Source: Promethearchaeati archaeon (GTDB lineage: Archaea > Asgardarchaeota > Heimdallarchaeia > JABLTI01). From it: a DNA stretch of 29,940 nucleotides. The notes under the pieces were generated by a model, which saw only the letters and a program-made list of their open reading frames with translations, did not search any database and was not told the origin of the DNA. Of this stretch, positions 9,213 through 17,724 are shown in pieces (positions within the stretch are counted from its first letter, which is position 1; every line of letters starts with the position of its first letter). The stretch is from contig JABLTI010000023.1 of NCBI GenBank assembly GCA_013166835.1, positions 1 through 29,940 on the forward strand, written 5' to 3'. A program made the translations under genes and the position numbers.

Positions 9213-9746
9213 TCATTTCTTAGCCTTAGCTTTTTTGGCTGCTGTTTTGGCTGCTTCTTCCTTTTGTATTTCCAGCAGGAAGTCTTTTCGTAAAGGATGA
9301 ACATTTTCTGGAAAGTCTTCTGGAAGAACAAGACGATCAAGTCCGGGATGACCTTCAAAAACGATTCCCATCAAGTCGTGTGTTTCACGCTCAAAGAATT
9401 GCGCTCCAGGAATGACCGAACTAACAGAAGTTAGCACGGGTTTATCGTGATCTGCACAATCCACACGAAGATTCAATGTTACTGCAGTCTCAGCACCATG
9501 TGGAGGAATAATATCGAAATGATAAACACAAGCGATAACTCCATCTGGTGTATCTACACCGGAAATAGCTATCATGTGCCAAGCATTCCATTCTTCCATT
9601 GCGAAAGCAAAAATCTCTCTTTGGTCTGGGTCTGCTACTTTAGCATGAATTCTTCTGGGGTTTTGAATCTCAGCCTCGAGAATCTTATCTCCAAATTTAC
9701 TCTTCAGTGTGTCAATTACCTTTTGTTCTCTTTTCAGGTCACTCAT
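9213..9746 (-). CDS. nuoC: NuoC-like subunit
   Basis: ISGVD, ERETHDLMGIVFEGHP, LVLPEDFP, HPLRKD. Confidence 0.93.
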   Translation of the reverse strand: MSDLKREQKVIDTLKSKFGDKILEAEIQNPRRIHAKVADPDQREIFAFAMEEWNAWHMIAISGVDTPDGVIACVYHFDIIPPHGAETAVTLNLRVDCADHDKPVLTSVSSVIPGAQFFERETHDLMGIVFEGHPGLDRLVLPEDFPENVHPLRKDFLLEIQKEEAAKTAAKKAKAKK

Positions 9747-10249
9747 TTACCAAGCACAGCCTCCATATCTTTCTTGTATTTCCCAATATCGATCTCCTTT
9801 GGATCGATTATAGGAGTTTCCAAGCCTTGAAGCTTAGCTAATAATTGAGCGATGCCGAAAATTATCGCCTCGGGCTTAGGAGGACACCCAGGGATATAGA
9901 CATCAACCGGAACTACGGTATCAATTCCTAAACAAGGAATATATGAATGTCTAAAAATTCCACCAGAACAAGCGCAAGCGCCAATAGCGACTACGAATTT
10001 GGGATCTGGGGTCTGCTCCCATAAAAGCTTAAGACGATCTTTCATTTGTTGGGTTGCGGGTCCTGTCACCACCAAGACATCTGCATGTCTCGGGCTACCT
10101 TGTATCAAAATGCCAAATCGTTCCACATCATAGCGCGGAGTCAAAACATCGACTACTTCGATGTCACATCCGTTACAACCGCCGGTATTTACATGTATGA
10201 TCCAGGGTGAATGAACTCGTGCCCAATTGACTATCTTCTTCAGAACCAT
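9743..10249 (-). CDS. Group 4 [NiFe]-hydrogenase small subunit, NuoB homolog
   Basis: GGCNGCDIE (hydrogenase-type CxxC rather than the NuoB tandem CC), SPRHADVL, GACACSGG, YIPGCPPKP. Confidence 0.93.
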   Translation of the reverse strand: MVLKKIVNWARVHSPWIIHVNTGGCNGCDIEVVDVLTPRYDVERFGILIQGSPRHADVLVVTGPATQQMKDRLKLLWEQTPDPKFVVAIGACACSGGIFRHSYIPCLGIDTVVPVDVYIPGCPPKPEAIIFGIAQLLAKLQGLETPIIDPKEIDIGKYKKDMEAVLGK

Positions 10250-10258
10250 GTTTTTTCT

Positions 10259-10606
10259 TCACCTTCTGAGTGATATCACTCCAATTAATCCTATCCCAGC
10301 GAATATTGCTGCAATAGCACTAAATTCAGGGGCAAATCCCTGATTTATTATGACCATAGCGGTTGCGATGATAAATGCTAAAATGTCAAAAATTGTAAAA
10401 TAAATGGCAAAGATGAAAGCGTTGGGGTAGAATTGTTGTTGGCCTCCTTCAATGTCTTCTCCGCAAGCGTAGCTTTTGAGTTTTTCTTTGCTCGGATTAT
10501 GGGGAGCCATCCGTTTTCCAAGCCAGTAGAGTAGTAGCACGGCGAGTAGGACTAACACTAATGCTATCCAAAGTATATTCTGTCCAATCTCAAATGTCAT
10601 TTGCAT
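10259..10606 (-). CDS. nuoA: NuoA-like membrane subunit
   Basis: 115 aa, three TM segments, KLKSYACGE loop, YFTIFD. First gene of the operon. Confidence 0.85.
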   Translation of the reverse strand: MQMTFEIGQNILWIALVLVLLAVLLLYWLGKRMAPHNPSKEKLKSYACGEDIEGGQQQFYPNAFIFAIYFTIFDILAFIIATAMVIINQGFAPEFSAIAAIFAGIGLIGVISLRR

Positions 10607-10655
10607 CGCCTTTAAAATTTGAATTGACTAGTCTTTCTCTAGATAATTAAGTAAG

Positions 10656-10671
10656 CATTAAAACCTTTCTG
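10656..10671 (-). promoter_or_regulatory. Candidate BRE/TATA promoter of the hydrogenase operon
   Basis: Minus strand reads CAGAAAGGTTTTAATG about 50 nt upstream of the nuoA ATG. Confidence 0.5.
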
Positions 10672-10768
10672 CCTATTTTACTTTTTCGCCCTTAGTTTCT
10701 ATAGTGTACTTTTCTTGCTGTTTTACTGGAGTTTTTTTCTCTTTTTTTTATTTGTTGTACCAAATCAT

Positions 10769-10786
10769 AAGAAGATTTTTTAAAAT
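10769..10786 (+). promoter_or_regulatory. Candidate BRE/TATA promoter of the rdhA-like gene
   Basis: AAGAAGATTTTTTAAAAT about 60 nt upstream of the ATG at 10844. The region is AT-rich, so specificity is low. Confidence 0.35.
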
Positions 10787-10843
10787 TAATTTTTATTTGG
10801 TAGCATTTATTTCGTTTAAAGAGCATTCTGGTCTTTGATTAAA

Positions 10844-11911
10844 ATGGCTAAAAAGAAGAAGATGACTGTTTCCCCTGATTTTACTTTAAATGATGATTTT
10901 GAACCTTTTAATGAGTACGATAGTATTTTTGGTAGAATCAAATGGGATAAGGAATTGAAAACGTATAAGAAATTCATGTATGATAAAGTTACAGAAATTT
11001 TAGATGAAGATCAAATTGGGTACACTCAGATCGATCATGCTTTAGCTATTGCTTCTTGGACTGTTCATGATTACTTCAGAAATGCATTTTCTTGGGATAA
11101 ATTAGGACAATCTCCTGCCAATATTATGCCTCGTGCTGAACCGGAGAAATATAAGGTGAACGAAAGTAATATCGAAAGAATTACTAAAACCATTAAAGCT
11201 GTTACTAAATCCTTTGGAGCTGATTTGGTTGGTATTGCTCCATACAATCCTAATTGGGTGTACACTGAGGATAGAATGGGAACTCCTATTGAAATGACTG
11301 AAGGAATGACCTCTGTAATTGCCATTGGAACGGTTATGGATATCGATGCTATCAGCACTTCCCCTTCCATGACTCAAGGATTCGCAAGCGGTATGGGTTA
11401 TTCAATGATGGCTTTTATTGCATCCTCTCTTGCAGAATTTATTCGACTGTTAGGATTCAATGCAGTTCCAACCGGGAATGATACCGGACCATCTATTCCT
11501 ATCGCTGTTGAAGCAGGTTTAGGACAAGTTGGTCGCAATGGATTATTAACAACAAAGGATCATGGTGCTCGAGTAAGATTATGTAAAGTATTCACAGATA
11601 TTCCACTTCAATATGACGAGAAAGTGGATTTTGGTTTGACTGATTTTTGTAGAAGATGCAAAAGATGTGCAGAAGCATGTGAAAACGAAGCTATTTCTTT
11701 TGACAATGAACCCTCATTTAAAATTCATAGTAAATCAAATACTAAAGGAATTTATCGCTGGGCTGTTAATGTCGATAAATGTTATGATTTCTGGGTTGAC
11801 AATGGAGGAGAGTGTTCTACTTGCATTGCTGTTTGTCCATATAATCTTCGAGACGGTAAAATGTACATGGATCCAGCAGATTACTGGGAGAAAAGACTTG
11901 CGGAGCAATGA
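10844..11911 (+). CDS. rdhA: Reductive dehalogenase-family cobalamin/Fe-S enzyme, lacking a TAT signal
   Basis: FGADLVGIA, WVY, GYSMMA, SIPIAVEAGLGQVGRNGLL, GARVRLCKVFTDIPL, DFCRRCKRCAEAC, W.VNVDKCYDFW...CSTCIAVCPYN. ATG at 10844 preferred over TTG at 10835. Confidence 0.85.
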   Translation: MAKKKKMTVSPDFTLNDDFEPFNEYDSIFGRIKWDKELKTYKKFMYDKVTEILDEDQIGYTQIDHALAIASWTVHDYFRNAFSWDKLGQSPANIMPRAEPEKYKVNESNIERITKTIKAVTKSFGADLVGIAPYNPNWVYTEDRMGTPIEMTEGMTSVIAIGTVMDIDAISTSPSMTQGFASGMGYSMMAFIASSLAEFIRLLGFNAVPTGNDTGPSIPIAVEAGLGQVGRNGLLTTKDHGARVRLCKVFTDIPLQYDEKVDFGLTDFCRRCKRCAEACENEAISFDNEPSFKIHSKSNTKGIYRWAVNVDKCYDFWVDNGGECSTCIAVCPYNLRDGKMYMDPADYWEKRLAEQ

Positions 11912-11934
11912 AAAGGAAAAATTGGTGAAGTACT

Positions 11935-12654
11935 ATGAATGCAAAGAATCTCAAACAAATTGAAGAAGAATTGTTTAATTTAATGCAAAGTGAAATTAGT
12001 GAGACCAAATTTCTTGTAGATGCTTTTGTTCACGAGCACCCGTATGAAGTTGGCAAAATTCTTCTCACTCGAGTAAAAGAAGAATCTTTCGTACAAAATC
12101 TCTTCTTCTTTCCAGTTATTTTCCAACAAGTTCTCCCACATATTGATGATGAATTCTATCTCCCTACATTAATCGAGATTGTGAAGCACAAAAAAATCGA
12201 CCCAAGAATTAGATTGCAAACATCTCGACTTTTAGGTTGGAGAAAGGAAGAAGCAAAAGAAGCTATTCCATATCTTTTACCCTTTATCAAAGGGAGAAGT
12301 GATCTAAATCAAATTACAGCCATCGCTTTAGCTGAAATTGGTTATGAAAAATTCGAAGAATTAATTCCAACTCTACTTGTTGCTATGGAGATAGGATTGA
12401 CTTATCTAACCCGAATGAATGCTGCAAGAATGTTAAATGAGAAGAAAGAATATCAAGACAAAGTACTTCCACATTTAATTACAGCATTAGAGAAAGACAG
12501 TGATTACAGATTTAGACAAAAAATAGCTCGGTATTTCGGAGAAATAAACAAACCATCAACTAAGAAAGCATTGATTAAAGCAAACAAATCTGATAAGCAT
12601 CCAATTGTTAGATCTGTTGCCAAAACTTCTCTAGATGATTTAGCCAAGCTTTGA
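11935..12654 (+). CDS. HEAT/PBS-lyase repeat protein
   Basis: Repeated motifs such as RIRLQTSRLLG, AIALAEIG, RQKIARYFGEI, DKHPIVRSVAKTSL. GGTGA SD; 23 nt after rdhA. Confidence 0.75.
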   Translation: MNAKNLKQIEEELFNLMQSEISETKFLVDAFVHEHPYEVGKILLTRVKEESFVQNLFFFPVIFQQVLPHIDDEFYLPTLIEIVKHKKIDPRIRLQTSRLLGWRKEEAKEAIPYLLPFIKGRSDLNQITAIALAEIGYEKFEELIPTLLVAMEIGLTYLTRMNAARMLNEKKEYQDKVLPHLITALEKDSDYRFRQKIARYFGEINKPSTKKALIKANKSDKHPIVRSVAKTSLDDLAKL

Positions 12655-12712
12655 ATGTTTTCTCAATCCTTTTTCTTTTGGTACTTTAAAAGGAAAAAAC
12701 TCAAGTGGATAT

Positions 12713-13729
12713 TTGTGTGGCAAACACACTGTAGACAGTTTGAGAAATTTAATAGTTGATGATATCTTGATTTCAATCGTCATTCCAGTATTTAATGAAG
12801 AAGATAATGTAGTTCCATTATTTCATTCAATTAGAGATGTTATGACTAACATAAACAGGGATTTTGAAGTCATCTTTGTGGATGATGGCTCAACAGATAA
12901 AACATTACCAAATCTAAGAGTAGTCTTAGATAATGGAGTAGAAAAGGATACTCTAAGAATTATAGAACTGCAGAGGAATTTTGGGCAAACACCTGCACTC
13001 TTGGCGGGGTTAGCTAATATTAAAGGAGAACTAGTTGTTACAATGGATGGAGATCTCCAAAACGACCCACAAGACATTCCAGCAATGCTTGATGCGTTAA
13101 CTGAGGAATATAATGTCATTTGCGGTTGGAGGAAGAACAGGAAAGATAATGCTTTCAAAAAACTCCCTTCGAAATTTAACAATTTTCTGAATAGAAAATT
13201 GAACAATGTCTTTATTCATGATTCTGGTTGTACGCTTCGTGTGTATCGCAGAGATGCCATCAAGCACATACAATTATTTGCAGAAGGACATCGCTATATT
13301 CCTGCTATTTTAGCACAGCAAGGATTTCGACTAGGGGAAGTAATTACCAACCATCGTCCAAGAACGAATGGTAAAACAAAATATGGTTTCAAGCGACTCT
13401 TCAGAGGGTTTATTGACCTTTTCACTTTGAATGCCATCAACAAATGGGGGAAGAAACCCATTCATCTCTTCAGTCGCTGGGCTGGCTTTTTCACAATAGT
13501 AAGCTTTCTCACATTTTGTTGGGCAATCTTAGAACGAGTAGCTTTTCATAGATTTTGGAGTGTATATACAGAAGCGGTAAGCATACGATCAAATCCAATA
13601 TTCATCATTAGTTTCTCTTTGTTATTATTCAGTACATTGATATTATTCATTGGATTTGTTACAGAACTACTATTACGTAACAATTTCGATAGTCACAATT
13701 CCTACAAAATAAAGAAGGAATGGAGTTAG
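12713..13729 (+). CDS. GT2 polyprenol-phosphate glycosyltransferase (ArnC/GtrB/DPM1-like) with two C-terminal TM helices
   Basis: ISIVIPVFNEE, FVDDGSTD, RNFGQTPA, TMDGDLQNDP, GWRKNRKD, HRYIP, HRPR..GKTKYG. Start uncertain. Confidence 0.9.
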   Translation: MCGKHTVDSLRNLIVDDILISIVIPVFNEEDNVVPLFHSIRDVMTNINRDFEVIFVDDGSTDKTLPNLRVVLDNGVEKDTLRIIELQRNFGQTPALLAGLANIKGELVVTMDGDLQNDPQDIPAMLDALTEEYNVICGWRKNRKDNAFKKLPSKFNNFLNRKLNNVFIHDSGCTLRVYRRDAIKHIQLFAEGHRYIPAILAQQGFRLGEVITNHRPRTNGKTKYGFKRLFRGFIDLFTLNAINKWGKKPIHLFSRWAGFFTIVSFLTFCWAILERVAFHRFWSVYTEAVSIRSNPIFIISFSLLLFSTLILFIGFVTELLLRNNFDSHNSYKIKKEWS

Positions 13730-14175
13730 AAATCAATCAAGAACTCGCACTTAGAGCCACCTCTAAGAACAGATTCAATTAATTTCACAGCAACATCCTT
13801 GTTGAATAAAATCTCTAAGTTCTTCTTTAACCAACCTATAGAACAATCGCATTGTACTTCCGATTTATGTAAACCGTATCCAACAATTGGACAGAAACAA
13901 CGCTCATAAGTTACCTTTAATTTTCCTTCGTCAACAATTTCCCAAGTTGTTCCTTTGAGTTTTTCATTAAGCATGTTCATTAATTCTTTTGGGTCATTGG
14001 TTTTTGTTTTGATTTCTTTGAAGAGCTCTGTTGCATGTGCTTTCGCACAGAAAGTTCCTGTTTCTTTGAAAATTTTCAATCTTGTTTCTTCATCAAGATT
14101 TTTGTCTATACTTTCCATTAGTGTTTTGAGCCAACCTGCAAGAAAACCTTTTGAGAAATCTTCTAAGTCTGTCAT
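13726..14175 (-). CDS. Small Cys-containing V4R-like (DUF6144-type) protein
   Basis: GTFCA, CFCP, CDCSIGW, ESVLRGGSKCEFLI. 4-nt tail-to-tail overlap with the GT2 gene. Confidence 0.7.
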   Translation of the reverse strand: MTDLEDFSKGFLAGWLKTLMESIDKNLDEETRLKIFKETGTFCAKAHATELFKEIKTKTNDPKELMNMLNEKLKGTTWEIVDEGKLKVTYERCFCPIVGYGLHKSEVQCDCSIGWLKKNLEILFNKDVAVKLIESVLRGGSKCEFLIDF

Positions 14176-14258
14176 ATTCTAATCTACAATACAAAGTATA
14201 AACTGTGCTACAATAAAAAAATTGTTAAAAATAGGAAAAAAAGGAATTTGTGGTTAAA

Positions 14259-15518
14259 TTAACCAACAAATACTTCTTCAATGATTTTTAATGCCCAATC
14301 AATTTGTTCTTTAGTTATTACTAATGGTGGAGCAAAACGAATAGTTGTTGAATGAGTTTCTTTTGCAAGAATACCCTTGTCTTTCATGCCTTCTGTATAT
14401 GGTCGTGCTTTACCGTCTAGCTCAATAGCGATAAGCAATCCTTTCCCTCGAACATCAATAATTGGTATTTTGGTTTTCTTAGCTGCGATTTTCCTTAAAC
14501 CTGCCAAAAAGTATTCGCCCATTTCAGCTGAACGATCAGCTAGTTTATCACCAACAATTAAATCGAGTGCTTTCATAGCAACAGCCGAACCTAGAGGATT
14601 ACCACCGAAAGTTGAACCATGAACACCCGGAACAATGACATCTGGACCGATGATTTCTGTTGTGGTTACTACAGCAGAAACTGGGTAAACACCCCCACCA
14701 AGTGCTTTTCCAAGCAAGTACATATCTGGTTGGACATTCTCATGATCACAAGCAAAAAGTTTGCCAGTTCGTCCTAAACCAGTTTGGATCTCATCTGCAA
14801 TCATTAACACATTGTATTTTGTACAAATTTCTCGAGCTTTCTTGAGGAATCCTTTGCTAGGAACAATGACTCCTGCTTCTCCTTGCATTGGTTCAAATAG
14901 GAACCCAGCAACGTTCTCAGGACCCAACTCCAAAATTCTATTCTCAAGTTCTTCAGCATCCCCATACGTTATAGTAACAAATCCAGGAGTATATGGACCA
15001 AAATTACCGAAATATCGTCCATGGCTGATATCAGTGCTGAAACCAACAATGGTTATTGTTCTTCCATGGAAGTTGTCTTTACAGACAATGATTTTTGCTT
15101 GGTCTTTTGGAATTTTCTTCTTTATATAACCCCAGGCTCTAGCGACTTTCAAACCTGTTTCAACAGCTTCTGCTCCAGTATTCATTGGGAGAGCCATAAC
15201 GCCAGTTTTCTTTGGGTCATTCACATGTGGTTTCATGACATCACAGAGTTGCTTTAAGAACGGACCCATTTTGTCGTTGTAAAATGCTCGAGATGTTAAT
15301 GTAACTTTATCTGCTTGATCTTTTAGTGCTTTAATTATTTCAGGATGACGATGTCCTGTGTTATGACTGGAGTATGCTGATAAGCAGTCTAAGTATTTCT
15401 TCCCTTCTGGATCATAAACCCATACGCCCTCTGCTTTTGAAATAACCACTGAAATTGGGTGGTAATTATGGGCCCCATAGGTTGTATCCATTTCCATGAG
15501 TTCTTTTGAACTTGGCAT
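14259..15518 (-). CDS. rocD: Ornithine aminotransferase (class III PLP enzyme)
   Basis: YGAHNYHP, LSAYS, NTGAEAVE, FHGRT, EPMQGEAGV, DEIQTGLGRTG, LGKALGGG, HGSTFGGNPL, IRFAPPL. ATG at 15518 chosen (ORF track starts at 15527). Confidence 0.92.
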   Translation of the reverse strand: MPSSKELMEMDTTYGAHNYHPISVVISKAEGVWVYDPEGKKYLDCLSAYSSHNTGHRHPEIIKALKDQADKVTLTSRAFYNDKMGPFLKQLCDVMKPHVNDPKKTGVMALPMNTGAEAVETGLKVARAWGYIKKKIPKDQAKIIVCKDNFHGRTITIVGFSTDISHGRYFGNFGPYTPGFVTITYGDAEELENRILELGPENVAGFLFEPMQGEAGVIVPSKGFLKKAREICTKYNVLMIADEIQTGLGRTGKLFACDHENVQPDMYLLGKALGGGVYPVSAVVTTTEIIGPDVIVPGVHGSTFGGNPLGSAVAMKALDLIVGDKLADRSAEMGEYFLAGLRKIAAKKTKIPIIDVRGKGLLIAIELDGKARPYTEGMKDKGILAKETHSTTIRFAPPLVITKEQIDWALKIIEEVFVG

Positions 15519-15636
15519 AATAATCAAATCCTAGTTTTTAATTACGAAATTTTTTTATTTTGTTGCATAAACACAAATTCCTCTTGTTAATAAAATTGTT
15601 GGAGAAGTTGATTTTCTGTTTAATCAACTAAAATTT

Positions 15637-16587
15637 TCACTTTTTCTTGCTTTTATTGTAAGCAATTATTGAAATGAATTCAAAAGCAATGTTTGCTGCT
15701 AAAAGAGCTGTTATCTCTCCGGCATCAAATGATGGCAAAACTTCGACTATATCAAATCCAATATAATTGAGGTCTTTTAATCCTCTAATTATTTTCATAG
15801 CTTCACCACTTGTTACTCCTCCGACTTCTGGTGTTCCAGTTCCTGGTGCAAATGCTGGATCAACAAAATCAATGTCGAAGGAAAGAAAGACCTTTGCATC
15901 ACCAACTCTTTCTATTATATGTTGAATTAGTTTTTCAATACCCATTTCTTGGATGGTTTCCATTGTAATGACATCAAATCCCATGGATTTTGGAATCTCG
16001 AGGTGTTTATCAGAATAAGTTGAACCTCGCAAACCTACTTGGATGGAATGTTCTAGTAAAAGTAATTTTTCTTCTACTGCTCTAGCAAAGGGTGTTCCAT
16101 GATTATATGGTAAACCAAAATATTCATCTGATGTATCGCTATGTGCATCGAAATGCAAGAGTGCTACTGGTCCATGCTTTTTATTGATAGCTCTTAGAAT
16201 TGGTAGGGTTATAGCATGATCACCACCAAGTAGAATAGGAGTAACTCCAGCATCAACAATTGAAAGAAGACTTTCCTCAATTCGTTTATAAGTTTCCTCA
16301 ATATAGCCTGGAACAACAGGTAAATCACCAAAGTCAATACCAGATAGATATTCATACGGACTGATATTCAATATTGGATTATGGTGACGTAATAACGCTG
16401 ATACTTTCCTAATAGCTGCAGGTCCTTCTCTTTGTCCGGTTCTAAACGAAGCTCCAGCATCTGATGGAATTCCAATTACAGCAAAATCAACATTCTCAGT
16501 TGTTTGTTTGTGAGGTAATCGCATAAATGTTTTAACGCCTGAGAATCTTGGAGATTTTAGTGGATCTTTTGGTTTGTATTTGTTCAA
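15637..16587 (-). CDS. speB: Agmatinase-family ureohydrolase
   Basis: PRFSGVKTFMRLP, GGDHAIT, HFDAHSD, HGTPF, SFDIDFVDPAFAPGTGTPEVGG. TTG start. Confidence 0.85.
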   Translation of the reverse strand: MNKYKPKDPLKSPRFSGVKTFMRLPHKQTTENVDFAVIGIPSDAGASFRTGQREGPAAIRKVSALLRHHNPILNISPYEYLSGIDFGDLPVVPGYIEETYKRIEESLLSIVDAGVTPILLGGDHAITLPILRAINKKHGPVALLHFDAHSDTSDEYFGLPYNHGTPFARAVEEKLLLLEHSIQVGLRGSTYSDKHLEIPKSMGFDVITMETIQEMGIEKLIQHIIERVGDAKVFLSFDIDFVDPAFAPGTGTPEVGGVTSGEAMKIIRGLKDLNYIGFDIVEVLPSFDAGEITALLAANIAFEFISIIAYNKSKKK

Positions 16588-16608
16588 TCAAAACACCAGT
16601 TTATCTAA

Positions 16609-16624
16609 ATTGCTAGTTAGCAAT
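16609..16624. promoter_or_regulatory. Palindrome ATTGCTA-GT-TAGCAAT in a divergent spacer (possible operator)
   Basis: 7-bp perfect inverted repeat with a 2-nt spacer, 21 nt upstream of the agmatinase start. Confidence 0.35.
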
Positions 16625-16705
16625 AATCTCTTGAGCTTATAACAATAAAACAATTTCTAGCAGATATTAACTATCTTTTTATAATAAAAATGAAACAGAT
16701 GTTAA

Positions 16706-17671
16706 ATGCGTATGGTGTTTGAGCTAATGCAAGAGCTAATTGATAGTATTCCAGAAAAACCAGGTGTCTATTTTTTCTTTGGTCCTGAAGATGAGATACT
16801 ATACATTGGCAAATCAGTTAATCTTAAGAAACGTATAACTGATCATTTCAGAAAAGGAACTGATAAAATTTTCAAGAAAATTGAACGAGAGAGAAGGGGA
16901 AGTATTCCTCTTCCAAGATTTACTTGGGATTACACACAGAAGCATTTGGATAAAATTCCATCAATGGTCTATAACAAAGAAAGGAAGAAGAAAAACAGGA
17001 TTATCAATACAACAAAACAAGTCAAGTATATCGTTACTAAAAATGATGATGAAGCATTCACACTAGAAGGATGCTTAATTTCTGCTTTTCGACCATCAAT
17101 TAATAGGAGTCATTGGAAATATCCATTTATTGAAATTACCCTTAGTGAAGATGTTCCGAGAGTACTTACAAGTTATCAAATTCTTTTGCCTAAAAGCTAC
17201 ATCTTTGGACCATTTAATGTTGGATCAAATATTGATTTAGCAATTGATGGTTTTTTGAGAGTTATTCCCATTTGTAACAATGAAAATCCAATAAAGCTGA
17301 ATGGTAAATCTTATCCTTCATGTTTGAAGGAAAAACTCCAATATTGTTTAGCTCCTTGTAAAAACAGTGTCTTTGATCTGAAAAAATATCTTGAACTAAT
17401 TAATGAGTTCATCAGTGAGTTGGAAAATAAAGGGACTGGAGTCATACAAAAACTTACGAAATTAATGAAGGAAGAAACCGAGAAAGAGAATTTCGAAGGG
17501 GCAGCAGTTCTTAGAGATCGTATACAAGCAATTGAAACATTATTTCATCAGAAAGCAATGCCAACTATGCTGGAAAAGTATTATTCTGAAATCCAAGAAA
17601 TAATGAGTAAAGATACTAAACACATGGAAATTATCGATAAAATACTAGCTAAAATCAATATACTGAACTAA
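16706..17671 (+). CDS. GIY-YIG nuclease, truncated UvrC/Cho-like, with UVR coiled-coil
   Basis: PEKPGVYFF...ILYIGKSVNLKKR, EAFTLEG.LI...RPSIN, YPFI, FGPF, Cys cluster C..CL..CLAPC, ENFEGAAVLRDRI. No RNase H-like or HhH domains. Confidence 0.85.
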   Translation: MRMVFELMQELIDSIPEKPGVYFFFGPEDEILYIGKSVNLKKRITDHFRKGTDKIFKKIERERRGSIPLPRFTWDYTQKHLDKIPSMVYNKERKKKNRIINTTKQVKYIVTKNDDEAFTLEGCLISAFRPSINRSHWKYPFIEITLSEDVPRVLTSYQILLPKSYIFGPFNVGSNIDLAIDGFLRVIPICNNENPIKLNGKSYPSCLKEKLQYCLAPCKNSVFDLKKYLELINEFISELENKGTGVIQKLTKLMKEETEKENFEGAAVLRDRIQAIETLFHQKAMPTMLEKYYSEIQEIMSKDTKHMEIIDKILAKINILN

Positions 17672-17724
17672 ATCCATGAAATCGGAATTTTTTTATAAAG
17701 TAAAATATGAAGAGAACCATCAAT

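Noticed and set aside
62-10606. Calling the operon NADH:quinone oxidoreductase (complex I) or Fpo
   Set aside because: The D subunit retains both Ni-binding CxxC motifs and a cleavable-type tail, the B subunit has CxxC, and no NuoEFG/FpoF genes are present.
62-10606. Horizontal acquisition inferred from the visibly higher GC of the operon
   Set aside because: Gly/Ala-rich membrane proteins and C-ending codons typical of high expression can explain it. There are no mobility genes or boundary repeats, and GC was not computed rigorously.
10844-11911. Epoxyqueuosine reductase QueG as the primary call
   Set aside because: The motifs (GADLVGI, WVY, GLGQVGRNG, KCYDFW...CxxCxxxCP) fit RdhA better, and the QueG-type GCDxCQ is absent. 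Phylogeny is needed to exclude it fully.
16706-17671. Homing endonuclease or mobile element
   Set aside because: The Cys-rich and UVR regions indicate the UvrC family, and there is no intron, intein or terminal-repeat context.
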